DNA of 64,000 bases. Origin: Chthoniobacteraceae bacterium. GTDB lineage: Bacteria > Verrucomicrobiota > Verrucomicrobiia > Chthoniobacterales > Chthoniobacteraceae. Under the pieces are notes generated by a model. The model worked only from the letters and a program-made list of their open reading frames with translations. It did no database searches and had not been told where the DNA came from. The stretch is taken from positions 17,865 through 81,864 of the forward strand of contig JBEBGD010000003.1 in the NCBI GenBank assembly GCA_040081625.1, read 5' to 3'. The translations under genes and the position numbers were made by a program. Shown piece by piece: positions 11,679 to 23,610 of this stretch (its first letter is position 1; each line of letters begins with the position of its first letter).

Positions 11679-13277
11679 TTACATCCTCCGCCACGCGCGC
11701 CCGTCGCGTTCGAGCAGGTCGTCGGATTCCGTCGGGCCCCACGACCCGGCGGGATAAAAGGCAAGCGGCGGCGGCGTGTCGCTGTGGTGCCATGCATTCT
11801 CGATCCGGTCGATGAAAGCCCACGCATTCTCCACCTCGTCGCGCCGCGCAAAGAGCGTCGCATCACCAGCCATCGCATCGAGCAGCAGCCGCTCGTAAGC
11901 CTCCGGCGACGCCTTCCCGAAGCTCGTGCCGTAGGCGAAATCCATCTTCACCGGCTGGATGTCGAGCGCCGTGCCGGGCCGCTTCGCCTGGATGCGCAGC
12001 GAGATGCCCTCGTCCGGCTGGATGCGGATCACGAGCACGTTCGGTCCGATCTCCACGTCGCGGCTGAAAAGAATCGTCGGCACGTTCTTGAACTGAATGG
12101 CGATCTCCGTCGCGCCCTTCGCGAGCCGCTTCCCGAAGCGCACGTAGAACGGCACGCCCGCCCAGCGCCACGTGTCGATGTGGATCTTCAGCGCCGCGTA
12201 AGTCTCCGTCACCGATTGCGGATTCACGCGATCCTCGGCGCGATACGCGATCACATCCTTCCCGCCGATCGCGCCCGCGCTGTATTGCCCGCGCACCACA
12301 TCGCGCGCGACATCCTCCGGCGACATCGGTCGCAGCGACTTGAAGACCTTCACCTTCTCATCGCGGATCGCGTCCGCGCTCAACTCCACCGGCGGCTCCA
12401 TCGCCACGAGCGTGAGCAGTTGCAGCAGGTGATTCTGGATCATGTCGCGCAGCGCGCCGCTCGTCTCGTAGTAAGGCCCGCGCCCCTCGACCCCGAGCGG
12501 CTCCGCGCCGCTGATCTGCACGTGATCGATGTAACGCGAATTCCAAAGCGGCTCGAGGATCGCGTTGGTGAAACGCAGCACCATGATGTTCTGCGCCGTC
12601 TCCTTCCCGAGATAGTGGTCGATGCGATACGTCTCCTTTTCCGAGAAGACATCGTTGACCACCTTGTTGAGCGTCTGCGCGCTCGGCAGATCCTTGCCGA
12701 ACGGCTTCTCCACGATCACCCGCGCCCACGCGCCGTCCTTCGCCTTGTTCAGCCCGACCTCCGCGAGCTTCTGCAAAATCCCGGGGAACTCGCTCGGCGC
12801 GACCGAGAGATAAAACAGCCGATTGCCCTTCGTCCCGCTCGACGCATCGAGCGCGTCGAGTTTCGCCGCGAGCGACTTGTAGCCGTCGAAATTCCCGAAC
12901 TCGCTCGCGTGGTAATAAATCCTGCTCACGAACGAAGCCCACAGCTCGTCATTGACGCCCTGCCGCGAATACTTCCGCGCCTGCTCCTCGAGCTCCTTGC
13001 GGAAGCCCTCGTCCGTCTTCTCCCGCCGCGCGAATCCGATGACATTGAACGCCGTCGGCAGGTCGCCATCCGCGCCGAGATTGTAGAGCGCGGGGATGAG
13101 CTTGCGGAAAGTCAGGTCGCCCGACGCGCCGAAGATGACGACGTTGCAAGGCTGCGGCGTGGGCCGCGCGGAGAGGCCCTCACGCAGCGGGTTTAGGGAT
13201 GGATCGGTCGAGGTCGTTGTGCTCACGGTCCCGCGAGAGTGCGGACGCGCGTGGAGAATTTCAACAACCGTTTCCAA
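11679..13277 (-). CDS. zwf: Glucose-6-phosphate 1-dehydrogenase
   Basis: NADP motif VIFGASGDLTFRKLIPALYNL, the active-site block RIDHYLGKE, and EKPFG. An alternative GTG start at 13226 would remove about 17 N-terminal residues. Confidence 0.95.
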   Translation of the reverse strand: METVVEILHARPHSRGTVSTTTSTDPSLNPLREGLSARPTPQPCNVVIFGASGDLTFRKLIPALYNLGADGDLPTAFNVIGFARREKTDEGFRKELEEQARKYSRQGVNDELWASFVSRIYYHASEFGNFDGYKSLAAKLDALDASSGTKGNRLFYLSVAPSEFPGILQKLAEVGLNKAKDGAWARVIVEKPFGKDLPSAQTLNKVVNDVFSEKETYRIDHYLGKETAQNIMVLRFTNAILEPLWNSRYIDHVQISGAEPLGVEGRGPYYETSGALRDMIQNHLLQLLTLVAMEPPVELSADAIRDEKVKVFKSLRPMSPEDVARDVVRGQYSAGAIGGKDVIAYRAEDRVNPQSVTETYAALKIHIDTWRWAGVPFYVRFGKRLAKGATEIAIQFKNVPTILFSRDVEIGPNVLVIRIQPDEGISLRIQAKRPGTALDIQPVKMDFAYGTSFGKASPEAYERLLLDAMAGDATLFARRDEVENAWAFIDRIENAWHHSDTPPPLAFYPAGSWGPTESDDLLERDGRAWRRM

Positions 13278-13287
13278 CCCGCGGAAT

Positions 13288-15465
13288 CTACCCCGGCAGC
13301 GGATACCGTCGCGTGAGCGCGAGCACTTCCTCGCGGATATTCGTCAGCTCGGCGGGCTGCTCGCGGGCTTCGAGCGCGCGGTGCATCAGGTCGGCGATCT
13401 GGAACATCTCCTCCTCCTTCATCCCGCGCGTGGTCACCGCCGGCGTGCCGACACGGATGCCGCCGCCGAGCGTGATCTTCTCGGTGTCGAAGGGGATGCT
13501 GTTCTTGTTCACCGTGATGCCGGCGTGGTCGAGCACCTCGCACGCGAGCTTGCCGTTCAGCCCGCGCGGGCGCAGGTCGATCATCATGAGGTGATTGTCC
13601 GTCCCGCCGCTCACGAGCCGGTAGCCCTTGTGCGCGAGCGCGCCGGCGAGCGCCTTGGCGTTGCTCACGATCTGCGCGGCGTATTCCTTGAAGCTCGGCT
13701 GCAGCGCCTCGTGGAAGCACACGGCTTTCGCGGCGATCACGTGCTCGAGCGGGCCGCCCTGGATGCCGGGGAAGACCTGCGAGTCGATCGCCTTCGCATA
13801 CTTCTCCTTGCAGATGATGATGCCCGCGCGCGGGCCACGCAGGCTCTTGTGCGTCGTCGTCGTGGTGAAGTCGGCGATCGCGCACGGGTTCGGGTGCTGC
13901 CCGCCCGCGACGAGCCCGGCGATGTGCGCCATGTCCACGAAAAGATACGCGCCCACGCTGTCGGCGATCGCACGCATCCGGTCGAAGTCGATGATCCGCG
14001 GATAGGCGCTCGCGCCGGCGGTGATCATCTTCGGCTTGGTCTCGAGCGCGAGTTTCGCGAGTGCGTCGTAGTCGATCCGCTCGTCGGCCTGACTCACGCC
14101 GTAGTGGACGACTTCGTAGAAACGCCCGCTGAAGTTCGCCTTGTGCCCGTGCGTGAGATGGCCGCCGTGGCTGAGGTCCATCGTGAGGATGCGGTCGCCG
14201 ACTTGCAGCACGGAGAAATAGACGGCGGCATTCGCCTGCGAGCCGGAATGCGGCTGCACGTTTGCGTGTTCGGCGCCGGGGAAGAGCTGCTTCACGCGAT
14301 CGATCGCAAGCTGCTCGACCACGTCCACGTTTTCGCACCCGCCATACCAGCGCCGGCCGGGATAGCCTTCGGCGTATTTGTTCGTGAGGCAGGAGCCCTG
14401 CGCTTCCATCACCGCGCGGCTCACGAAGTTCTCGCTCGCGATCAGCTCGATGTTCTCGAACTGCCGCTTCTTCTCCGCCTCGATCGCCGCAAACACCGCC
14501 GGGTCCGCCTCCGCGAGCGACGCGCGCGGACTCGATCCGCACGTGAGCTTGCCCACGCGCCGCTCGTGCCGTCCGCCTTCAAACTGCGCCGCCACGAACG
14601 CTTCGACCAGCTTCGGCGCGTCGGCCGCGGTCACGTTGCGCGCGCCGAAGCAGAGCACGTTCGAGTTGTTGTGCTGCCGCGTCACGGTCGCGTCGGCGGG
14701 GTTGCTCACCAGCGCCGCGCGGATCTGCGGATGCCGGTTCGCCATGATGCTCATGCCGACTCCGCTCGAGCACATGAGCACGCCGAAGTCCGCGCGCCCC
14801 GCGATCACCTCCTGGCACACGGCCTCCGCGTAATCATTATAGTCCACCGAGTCCTTCGTGTTCGTGCCGAGATCGACGACCACGTCGCCGCGGCCAGTGA
14901 GGAAGGCATTCACCATCGCCTTCAAGTCGAGCGCGGCATGGTCGGCGCCGAGCGCGATGCGCATCGGGCGGGTGGAAGTCGGGGCGGGTGTGTCGGTGGA
15001 TGTGGTCATGGATTGCTGGTCGATGAAGTTGAGAATATTTGGCATCGCCGCGCGCAGCGCGTCGCGGCACTCGATGTAAGCGCCGATGCCCATGCCGATC
15101 GGGTCCGGCACGTCCGGCGAGCCGCCGCGGTCCGGCATGAAATCGCCCATCAGCCACAGCTTGCCTTCCGCCTCGGGGAAAAAGAGCCGGATCGTTTCGT
15201 AGTGCCCGCGCGTCATCGCGAAGATGTGCGTGGCCCACGCGACCGCGTCCTCATCGAGCTGCGCGCTGATGATGTCCGAGATGTCGAAGCCGAGCGCCCT
15301 GCACGCCTCGATGCCCGGCTCGCTCGGCCCCTGGCCTTCTCCCGCGCTCACGCCCGCCGACGCGACCTCGAAGTCCCCGCGCCCCTCCACCAGCTCACGA
15401 AAAAGCCCCTCAGCCATCGGGCTGCGGCAGATGTTTCCAGTGCAGACAAAGAGGACGTGTTTCAA
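13288..15465 (-). CDS. rpiB/glyA: In-frame three-domain fusion: low-molecular-weight phosphotyrosine/arginine phosphatase + ribose-5-phosphate isomerase B + serine hydroxymethyltransferase
   Basis: This is one uninterrupted reading frame. LMW-PTP: [19 protein letters not shown]...DPIG. RpiB: [15 protein letters not shown]...[13 protein letters not shown]...GGRHERRV. GlyA: [21 protein letters not shown]...[11 protein letters not shown]. The proposed TTG start at 15465 sits just before KHVLFVC, and the 90 codons upstream in the ORF track look non-coding. Confidence 0.8.
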   Translation of the reverse strand: MKHVLFVCTGNICRSPMAEGLFRELVEGRGDFEVASAGVSAGEGQGPSEPGIEACRALGFDISDIISAQLDEDAVAWATHIFAMTRGHYETIRLFFPEAEGKLWLMGDFMPDRGGSPDVPDPIGMGIGAYIECRDALRAAMPNILNFIDQQSMTTSTDTPAPTSTRPMRIALGADHAALDLKAMVNAFLTGRGDVVVDLGTNTKDSVDYNDYAEAVCQEVIAGRADFGVLMCSSGVGMSIMANRHPQIRAALVSNPADATVTRQHNNSNVLCFGARNVTAADAPKLVEAFVAAQFEGGRHERRVGKLTCGSSPRASLAEADPAVFAAIEAEKKRQFENIELIASENFVSRAVMEAQGSCLTNKYAEGYPGRRWYGGCENVDVVEQLAIDRVKQLFPGAEHANVQPHSGSQANAAVYFSVLQVGDRILTMDLSHGGHLTHGHKANFSGRFYEVVHYGVSQADERIDYDALAKLALETKPKMITAGASAYPRIIDFDRMRAIADSVGAYLFVDMAHIAGLVAGGQHPNPCAIADFTTTTTHKSLRGPRAGIIICKEKYAKAIDSQVFPGIQGGPLEHVIAAKAVCFHEALQPSFKEYAAQIVSNAKALAGALAHKGYRLVSGGTDNHLMMIDLRPRGLNGKLACEVLDHAGITVNKNSIPFDTEKITLGGGIRVGTPAVTTRGMKEEEMFQIADLMHRALEAREQPAELTNIREEVLALTRRYPLPG

Positions 15466-15595
15466 GGGCGCGGACAGTAGAGCCGGCGACGTGCAAGTCA
15501 ATGTAGCCGCGGAGTTCCGCGACGAGTGGCTACAATTTTCATTTCCCGCCGCGCGAATGCGGCTACACCACTCGTTCCAAATGAACCCACGCACG

Positions 15596-16705
15596 ATGAA
15601 AGGCGTCGGCGTCGTTCCCGGGAAACGGGAACTGCGCATGATCGACCACCCAGAACCCGCGATCACCGCGGCCAACGAGTTGAAGATTCGCACGATCGAG
15701 GTCGGCATCTGCGGCACGGATCGGGAAATCTGCACCTTCGCCTACGGACGTCCGCCGGGGGACAGCGAATATCTTTTGCTCGGCCACGAGTGCCTCGGCG
15801 AAGTCGTCGAGATCGGCGAGGGCGTGACCGGGTTCAAGCCGGGCGATCTCGTGGTGCCGAGCGTGCGCCGGCCTTGCGGCGATCCGGACTGCGCGCCGTG
15901 TCGCGAGGGGCGGCAGGATTTTTGTTTCACGTGGCAGTTCACCGAGCGCGGGATCAATCAGCGCCACGGCTACATGACGGAGGTGTTCGTCGAGGAGGAT
16001 CGGTATCTCACGCCCGTGCCGACTGAACTGCGCGACGTGGCGGTGATGGCCGAGCCGCTGACGATCGCCGAGAAGGGACTCGCGCAAATCTGGCAGGTGC
16101 AGAAGCGGCTGCCGGGTTGGGAAAATGACGGCGGCAAGGGCCGCGGCTTTGGGCGAAACGCCGTGGTGCTCGGCGCGGGGCCGATCGGCCTGCTCGGCGC
16201 GATGAAGCTGCTGATCGAGGGCTTCCGCGTATTCATCTACTCGCGCTCGAAGGCGCCGAATTTCAAGGCGGACATCGCCGCGCAGATCGGCGCGGAATAC
16301 GTCTCGTCGCTGGAAGTGTCCGCCGAAGAACTCGCGAAGAAGGCCGGCAACATCGATCTCGTGTATGAGGCGGTCGGCGAAGGCAACGTCACCTTCGAGG
16401 TCATGCGCGAACTCGGTATCAACGGCGTCTTCATCATGACGGGCATCCCGGCCGAGAAGCCGCAGATCCCGATCTTCGCCGACACGATCATGCGGAACAT
16501 CACGCTCAAGAATCACGCGATCATCGGCACGGTGAACGCGAGCCCGCAGGCGTTTGCCGATGCGATCGAGGATCTCGGCGAGTTCAAGCGGCGCTGGCCG
16601 GCGGCGGTTGCTGCGTTGATCACCGGTCGTTTCGGCATCGACGCGCATCGCGAGCTGTTGATCGGGAAGGCGGCGGGGATCAAGAACGTGATTCAGTTCG
16701 CGTAG
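15596..16705 (+). CDS. Zinc-dependent medium-chain dehydrogenase, glucose-1-dehydrogenase/threonine-dehydrogenase-like
   Basis: [21 protein letters not shown]...[10 protein letters not shown]...[16 protein letters not shown]...[17 protein letters not shown] (structural Zn Cys cluster) and the Rossmann motif [14 protein letters not shown] 15596 is preferred over the 15224 ORF-track start. Confidence 0.85.
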   Translation: MKGVGVVPGKRELRMIDHPEPAITAANELKIRTIEVGICGTDREICTFAYGRPPGDSEYLLLGHECLGEVVEIGEGVTGFKPGDLVVPSVRRPCGDPDCAPCREGRQDFCFTWQFTERGINQRHGYMTEVFVEEDRYLTPVPTELRDVAVMAEPLTIAEKGLAQIWQVQKRLPGWENDGGKGRGFGRNAVVLGAGPIGLLGAMKLLIEGFRVFIYSRSKAPNFKADIAAQIGAEYVSSLEVSAEELAKKAGNIDLVYEAVGEGNVTFEVMRELGINGVFIMTGIPAEKPQIPIFADTIMRNITLKNHAIIGTVNASPQAFADAIEDLGEFKRRWPAAVAALITGRFGIDAHRELLIGKAAGIKNVIQFA

Positions 16706-16716
16706 GGCATCCTCTC

Positions 16717-16750
16717 CTTCTGCTTCTGCTTCTGCTTCTTCATCTGCTTC
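16717..16750 (+). repeat. Pyrimidine-rich hexanucleotide microsatellite, (CTTCTG)3 plus three degenerate units
   Basis: Read directly: cttctg cttctg cttctg cttctt catctg cttc, immediately after the dehydrogenase stop codon (TAG 16703-16705). Confidence 0.8.
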
Positions 16751-16805
16751 CCTTCGATTCGAGCTACGATAGAAGGAGATGAAGATGAAGAAGCAGACAA
16801 ATACC

Positions 16806-17438
16806 ATGAATCCTTGGATCGACGTCTCAGTCCCCATTCACAGCGGCATGCACCATTGGCCCGGCGATCCGCCGACCTTTGCGACCATGCACGCCGGCAC
16901 CGCCAAGGGTGACGTGTGCAATGTCTCCGCGCTCTACATGAGTTCGCACATGGGCACGCACATGGACGCACCGTTTCACTTTCTCCCCGGCACGAAGACC
17001 ATGGACGACCTGCCGTTCGACGCGGTGATCGGCCCGGCGCGGCTCGTGGAGATCAAGGACAAGACCGCGATCAAGCCGGCGGAACTCAAGAAGCTCAAGC
17101 CGCGCAAAGGCGAGCGGCTGCTTTTCAAGACGCCCAACTCGGCGCGGAGCTGGAAGAAGCCGGAGTTCGACAAGGACTTCGTTTATATCGCGAAGGAGGG
17201 CGCGAAGTATCTCGTCGATTGCGGCGTTCAGACCGTGGGCGTCGATTACCTGAGCGTCGGCGGATTTTACAATGACGGCATCCCGACGCACCACGTCCTG
17301 CTCGGTGCGGAAGTGTGGATCATCGAGGGGCTGAACTTCGCCGGCGTGAAGCCCGGCGACTACGACCTGATCTGCCTGCCGATCAAGTATCGCGGCGGCG
17401 ACGGCGCACCGGCGCGCTGCCTGATCCGGGCGATGTAG
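16806..17438 (+). CDS. Cyclase-family metal-dependent hydrolase (kynurenine/arylformamidase-like)
   Basis: The HxGTHxDAPxH motif (SSHMGTHMDAPFHF) and GVDYLSVG are characteristic of the putative-cyclase family. ATG 16806 (MNPWIDVS) is preferred over the 16779 start. Confidence 0.8.
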   Translation: MNPWIDVSVPIHSGMHHWPGDPPTFATMHAGTAKGDVCNVSALYMSSHMGTHMDAPFHFLPGTKTMDDLPFDAVIGPARLVEIKDKTAIKPAELKKLKPRKGERLLFKTPNSARSWKKPEFDKDFVYIAKEGAKYLVDCGVQTVGVDYLSVGGFYNDGIPTHHVLLGAEVWIIEGLNFAGVKPGDYDLICLPIKYRGGDGAPARCLIRAM

Positions 17439-17440
17439 CC

Positions 17441-17457
17441 GCGTCGCTCTGCGACGC
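17441..17457. terminator. Short GC hairpin between convergent genes (possible bidirectional terminator)
   Basis: gcgtcgc-tct-gcgacgc is a 7-bp perfect stem with a 3-nt loop, lying between the cyclase stop (17438) and the icd stop (17468). There is no U-tract. Confidence 0.3.
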
Positions 17458-17467
17458 GCACTACACG

Positions 17468-19693
<2,226 letters not shown>

Positions 19694-19812
19694 TCAGCGC
19701 CAGCTCACGATGTCGTCCGAGTCCTCTGCGCCGCGGTGCGCAAATGGAGTGTCGGGAGTCTCTGCGCGTGCCTTGCTTTCCGGCGCGTGCTCCCTAGCTT
19801 GCGCGACTTTTC

Positions 19813-21876
19813 ATGTCCCAAGAGCAAGCCATCGACGCCGCGCGCACCCGCATCCAGAGGCTGGTCGAGGAGATCGCGGCGCTTTCCAAGCGCGATCTGC
19901 CGACCGAGCAGTTCCTGCCCGAGTTCATCGCGCGCGTGGTGAAGGCGACCGATGCGCGTGGCGGCGCGGTGTGGCTGGTCGGGCAGCGGGATGCGGAGGG
20001 GCAGGCGGAGTTTCAGCTCGCGGCGCAGATCGAGTTCGAGTCGTGCGGCTTTCAAAGCGACGAGGTGCAGCGTGCGCTGATCCTGCGCGCGCTCGGCGAG
20101 TGCGTGAGCCAGAAAAAGCCCGTGGCCATGCAGCCGGCGCCGCAGCAGTCGGAGGCCGGTTCGCTCGAGGCGCAGCTCGCGCAGCTCCGCGGGGAGGCGC
20201 AGCCGCAGGGGCCGCAGAACAAGACGCCGTTTCCCTTTCTCTACGTGCCGCTGCCGCTCAAGGAGCAGGTGCTCGGCGTCGTGCAGGTGTGGCTCCAGCC
20301 TTACGTCACGGCGGAGAATTACCGCGAGTTCGCGACGTTCCTCGGGCAGCTCGCGGGCTACGTCGAGCAGCACTTCCAGTCGCGCCGGCTCGGCACGCTC
20401 GTGCTCGAGACGCAGCGGCTCCAGCATTTGCTCAAATACACGAGCGATCTCGCCGGCTCGCTCGATCCGACCGAGGTCGCGCGGCTCGCGGCGAATTACG
20501 GGCGCGATCTCATCGGCTGTGAGCGCTGTTCGGTGCTGTGGCTCGATGGGCAGCAGTGGCGCGTGCATTCGATCTCGGGGCAGGAGGTCGTCGAGAAAAA
20601 GAGCACGATGGTGAAGGCGCTCGCGGCGTTCGTCGGCGCGCACGTGAAGCCGGAGGTCGTGACGCTTTCCAAGAAGGAGCTGCTCGCCGCGCACGCGAGC
20701 GACGGTGCCGAGGGCGCGGAGCCGACGCCGTCGCGCAGCGGCACGGATGTGATCGACCTCGCCTACTTCGATGTTTCGCACGTCTCGAGCGCCGCGATCG
20801 CGCCGCTGCTCGATGATGACAAGCAGATCTTCGGCGCGTATTTCGCCGAGAGCACGACGGAGGGATTTTTCGACTCGCCGGAGGGGGCGAAGGAGTTGCC
20901 GCTCGCGCGCCGCGTGACGGACTGGCTGGCGACGCACACCGGCAAGCAGCTCCGCGCGGCGCAGGACTATCACTCGCTGCCGTTTCTCTTTGCGACGAAG
21001 CGGCTGCGCGCGACGCGGCTGGCCTTTGCCGCGAACAAGCGCCGCCGCTCGATGATGCGGCTGGCGATGTGGGGCATCCCGCTGCTGCTCGTGCTCATCT
21101 ATCCGAAGCAGGATGTGGTCGAGGGTAATTGTGTGCTCATGCCCGAGCACCACAATGCGATCGTGACCGAGGTGCCCGGGCGCGTGGACAAGGTGCTCGT
21201 GCAGGAAGGTTCGCAGTTGAAGGCCGGCGATGCGGTCGTCGTGCTCGACACGCGCCGGTTCGAGACGGAGCTCGATGGCGTTCGCAAGGATATCGCGCGG
21301 CTCGAGGCCGAGGCGGAGCGCTACCGCGGCGCGGGCGATGAGGCGGGCGCGCAGGTCGCCAGCTTGCAGGCCGCATCTTCCCGCGAGAATGCGAAGCGTC
21401 TCGAGTCCGACATCGCCGCCGGCACGCTGCGCAGCCCGATCACGGGCGTGATCCTGACCAAGGATATCGAGAAGCGTGCGGGTGAATTCATCCAGATCGG
21501 CACGGTGCTCGCCGAGGTGGCTGCGCTCAATGGGTGGGAGATGAAGATGGACGTGGACCAGCGCAACATCGGCAAGGTCGAGGGGCGGCTTGATCGCGGG
21601 CCGGTGACGATGAGCTACATCCTTTACAGCCAGACGGCGCACACGCTGACCGCGACGCTGAGCAGTTCGCGTCAGATCAGCGCCGCGGCGGAGGCGCGCG
21701 AAGCGGAGCACGTTTTTGTCGTCACGATCGACGACGTGATCATCCCGAAGGAAATCGAAAGCTCGATGCGACCCGGGTTGACCGGCCGGGCGAAGATCGA
21801 CCTCGGCCGCAAGCCGCTCGGCTGGCTGTGGCTGACGCGGATTTGGTCGTGGCTGGAGATGCGGCTGATCGGCTGA
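19813..21876 (+). CDS. GAF-domain-containing membrane-fusion (HlyD-family) protein
   Basis: The N-terminal roughly 400 aa carry two GAF-like segments (ARGGAVWL...PLPLKEQVLGVVQVW and CERCSVLWLD...). One TM helix follows (MMRLAMWGIPLLLVLIY). The periplasmic part is HlyD-like, with a lipoyl/hairpin/barrel layout (VTEVPGRVDKVLVQEGSQLKAGDAVVVLD...LRSPITGVILTKD). Confidence 0.7.
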   Translation: MSQEQAIDAARTRIQRLVEEIAALSKRDLPTEQFLPEFIARVVKATDARGGAVWLVGQRDAEGQAEFQLAAQIEFESCGFQSDEVQRALILRALGECVSQKKPVAMQPAPQQSEAGSLEAQLAQLRGEAQPQGPQNKTPFPFLYVPLPLKEQVLGVVQVWLQPYVTAENYREFATFLGQLAGYVEQHFQSRRLGTLVLETQRLQHLLKYTSDLAGSLDPTEVARLAANYGRDLIGCERCSVLWLDGQQWRVHSISGQEVVEKKSTMVKALAAFVGAHVKPEVVTLSKKELLAAHASDGAEGAEPTPSRSGTDVIDLAYFDVSHVSSAAIAPLLDDDKQIFGAYFAESTTEGFFDSPEGAKELPLARRVTDWLATHTGKQLRAAQDYHSLPFLFATKRLRATRLAFAANKRRRSMMRLAMWGIPLLLVLIYPKQDVVEGNCVLMPEHHNAIVTEVPGRVDKVLVQEGSQLKAGDAVVVLDTRRFETELDGVRKDIARLEAEAERYRGAGDEAGAQVASLQAASSRENAKRLESDIAAGTLRSPITGVILTKDIEKRAGEFIQIGTVLAEVAALNGWEMKMDVDQRNIGKVEGRLDRGPVTMSYILYSQTAHTLTATLSSSRQISAAAEAREAEHVFVVTIDDVIIPKEIESSMRPGLTGRAKIDLGRKPLGWLWLTRIWSWLEMRLIG

Positions 21877-21879
21877 ACG

Positions 21880-23520
21880 TCAGCGGGCGTCGGGCGGGTA
21901 GGGGCGCGGTGCCTTGTCGAGGTCCGGATTGAAAGCCCACGCGCGCCGGGAGGCGAAGTAGGTGGTGACTTTCCGGTTTTCCTCCGGGCCCATGTCGCGC
22001 GCCCAGACGATGTCCCCGGCGTCGATGTCCGCGCCATTATAGACCCATTCGCGGTTGAGGTTGTGCGTGCGTTCGTAGTCCACGAAGACGACGTGCTTGT
22101 TTCCGTCGCTCGCGAGTTGTCCGGCGATCGCGCGGCGGTGGAATCCCCAATGGTCGCCGCGCTGGTTCTTGCTTTGCCTGATGTAGAACCCCGCGAAGGA
22201 CATGAAGAGCAACCAGGAGGCGACGAGCCCCACCGCGCAAGCGCCCGCGGGTCGCTGCCCGATCTGCCAGCGGCTCATGGCCTGCATCGATGCGGCGAGG
22301 AGGACGAAGGAGAGCGGGAGCACTGGCGCGGCGTAGTGCTCGAAGACGTAGGTGGACATCGACATCGCCGCGGCGCAGCCCACGCAGACGAAGATGGCGG
22401 CGCGCATCCACCAATCGCGCAGCAGCAGCGGCAGGGGCAGGAAGAGGAGAAGGACGAGCCAGTTCCAGCTCATGACGCGGAAGCCGGCCAACTTTTGCCA
22501 TGAGATCCGAATGAAGCCCGGCAACGAGCGCTGCCACTCCGCGTATTGGCGCGAGTGCTGGTAGAAGTCGTGCATCTGCCAGTGCCTCACCTCGGGGATG
22601 GGCGGAATTTTTTCCCACAGGAAAAGCGGGGCCGAATCGTAGGCGCGCTCGTAGATCAGGTAGGGGAGCGTCGTGGCGGAGCCGGTGAGGGTGCGATTGT
22701 AGTGGAGCAGGAATGCGCAGCTCAGCGCCAGCACGAGCAGGAGCGGTGGCAGCACGCGGACGAGGCGGTGAAGGCGGCCGGAGCGCAGGAGCTGGACGCC
22801 GAGGATGGACATCACGAGCAGGCACATGACGAAGCCCTCGAAAGGCCGGCTGATGGTCAGCAGGCCCATCCCGAGGCCCATCGCGGCACCGATGGTGCCG
22901 AAATTCCTCGGCGCGCTGTCGTCTGCGGCGACGCGGCGCCAGCCACTGAGCACGAGCGCGCCGGCGCCGAGCGCGATGCTCCCGCCCCAGAACGACCAGT
23001 TCCAGAGCAGCAGCAGCGGGTTGAGCGTGGTGAGGATGGCGGCGACGACCGCCCAGCGCCGTGGCAGCCAGGCGAAGAACATCCACAGGAGCGCCGCGAC
23101 GCTGAGCGCGGTGGAGATCCACACGCCATAGATCGGACTGCCCAGCCACATGCCCGCGGCCAGCACGAGCGCCTGCGCCGGGGGAAATTTCGCCGCGTAG
23201 ATCGGCGAGGAGATGACGTGGAAAGTCTCGAAGTGCTGCCAGAGCGGGTGCGGCTCGTTTTTCAACCGGCCATGAAGAAACGTCTCCGCCTGCATGAGGT
23301 AGGCGAACTCATCGTGAACGCGCGGCGCGGGCGACTCGAGCACCGTGCTCGCCAGCACGCTGATCGCGAACGAGAGCACTGCGAACCCACCGAGGCACGC
23401 CCACGGCCGCTCGCCGAGCCGGTCGAGGATCCTCACGATCCATTCGCCGCGCCGCGCCACGCTGCGGGGCAGGACGAGCCCGACCACGAAGAGCAGGATG
23501 GCAACCGCAGTGAATTTCAT
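21880..23520 (-). CDS. Polytopic membrane protein, GT-C (ArnT/PMT-like) glycosyltransferase fold candidate
   Basis: 546 aa with at least 10 hydrophobic segments, an early-loop DEFAY motif (VHDEFAYLMQAETFLHG) and a soluble C-terminal domain. ATG 23520 (MKFTAVAILLF) is preferred. Confidence 0.55.
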   Translation of the reverse strand: MKFTAVAILLFVVGLVLPRSVARRGEWIVRILDRLGERPWACLGGFAVLSFAISVLASTVLESPAPRVHDEFAYLMQAETFLHGRLKNEPHPLWQHFETFHVISSPIYAAKFPPAQALVLAAGMWLGSPIYGVWISTALSVAALLWMFFAWLPRRWAVVAAILTTLNPLLLLWNWSFWGGSIALGAGALVLSGWRRVAADDSAPRNFGTIGAAMGLGMGLLTISRPFEGFVMCLLVMSILGVQLLRSGRLHRLVRVLPPLLLVLALSCAFLLHYNRTLTGSATTLPYLIYERAYDSAPLFLWEKIPPIPEVRHWQMHDFYQHSRQYAEWQRSLPGFIRISWQKLAGFRVMSWNWLVLLLFLPLPLLLRDWWMRAAIFVCVGCAAAMSMSTYVFEHYAAPVLPLSFVLLAASMQAMSRWQIGQRPAGACAVGLVASWLLFMSFAGFYIRQSKNQRGDHWGFHRRAIAGQLASDGNKHVVFVDYERTHNLNREWVYNGADIDAGDIVWARDMGPEENRKVTTYFASRRAWAFNPDLDKAPRPYPPDAR

Positions 23521-23610
23521 TCGGCGCAGGATGTGTTTCCGGTGCGGGGGTGGCGCAACCAAAATGTGCGAGTGGGCGCCGGAGCGCGGATGCGGTAGTG
23601 AAGGAGGCGC

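Noticed and set aside
13096-15480. 794-aa plus-strand ORF opposite the LMW-PTP/RpiB/GlyA gene
   Set aside because: It is an Arg/Ala/His-rich shadow frame. The opposite strand encodes three unmistakable enzyme domains.
15466-15735. 90-codon N-terminal extension of the fusion ORF as given in the ORF track
   Set aside because: LMW-PTPs start a few residues before the CX5R loop, and a TTG at 15465 gives [11 protein letters not shown]. The upstream 90 residues are Ser/Thr/Arg low-complexity and would consume the divergent promoter region shared with the dehydrogenase gene.
19705-21711. 668-aa minus-strand ORF opposite the GAF-HlyD gene
   Set aside because: The translation is Arg/Leu/Ala-rich and featureless, while the plus strand has GAF, TM and HlyD features.
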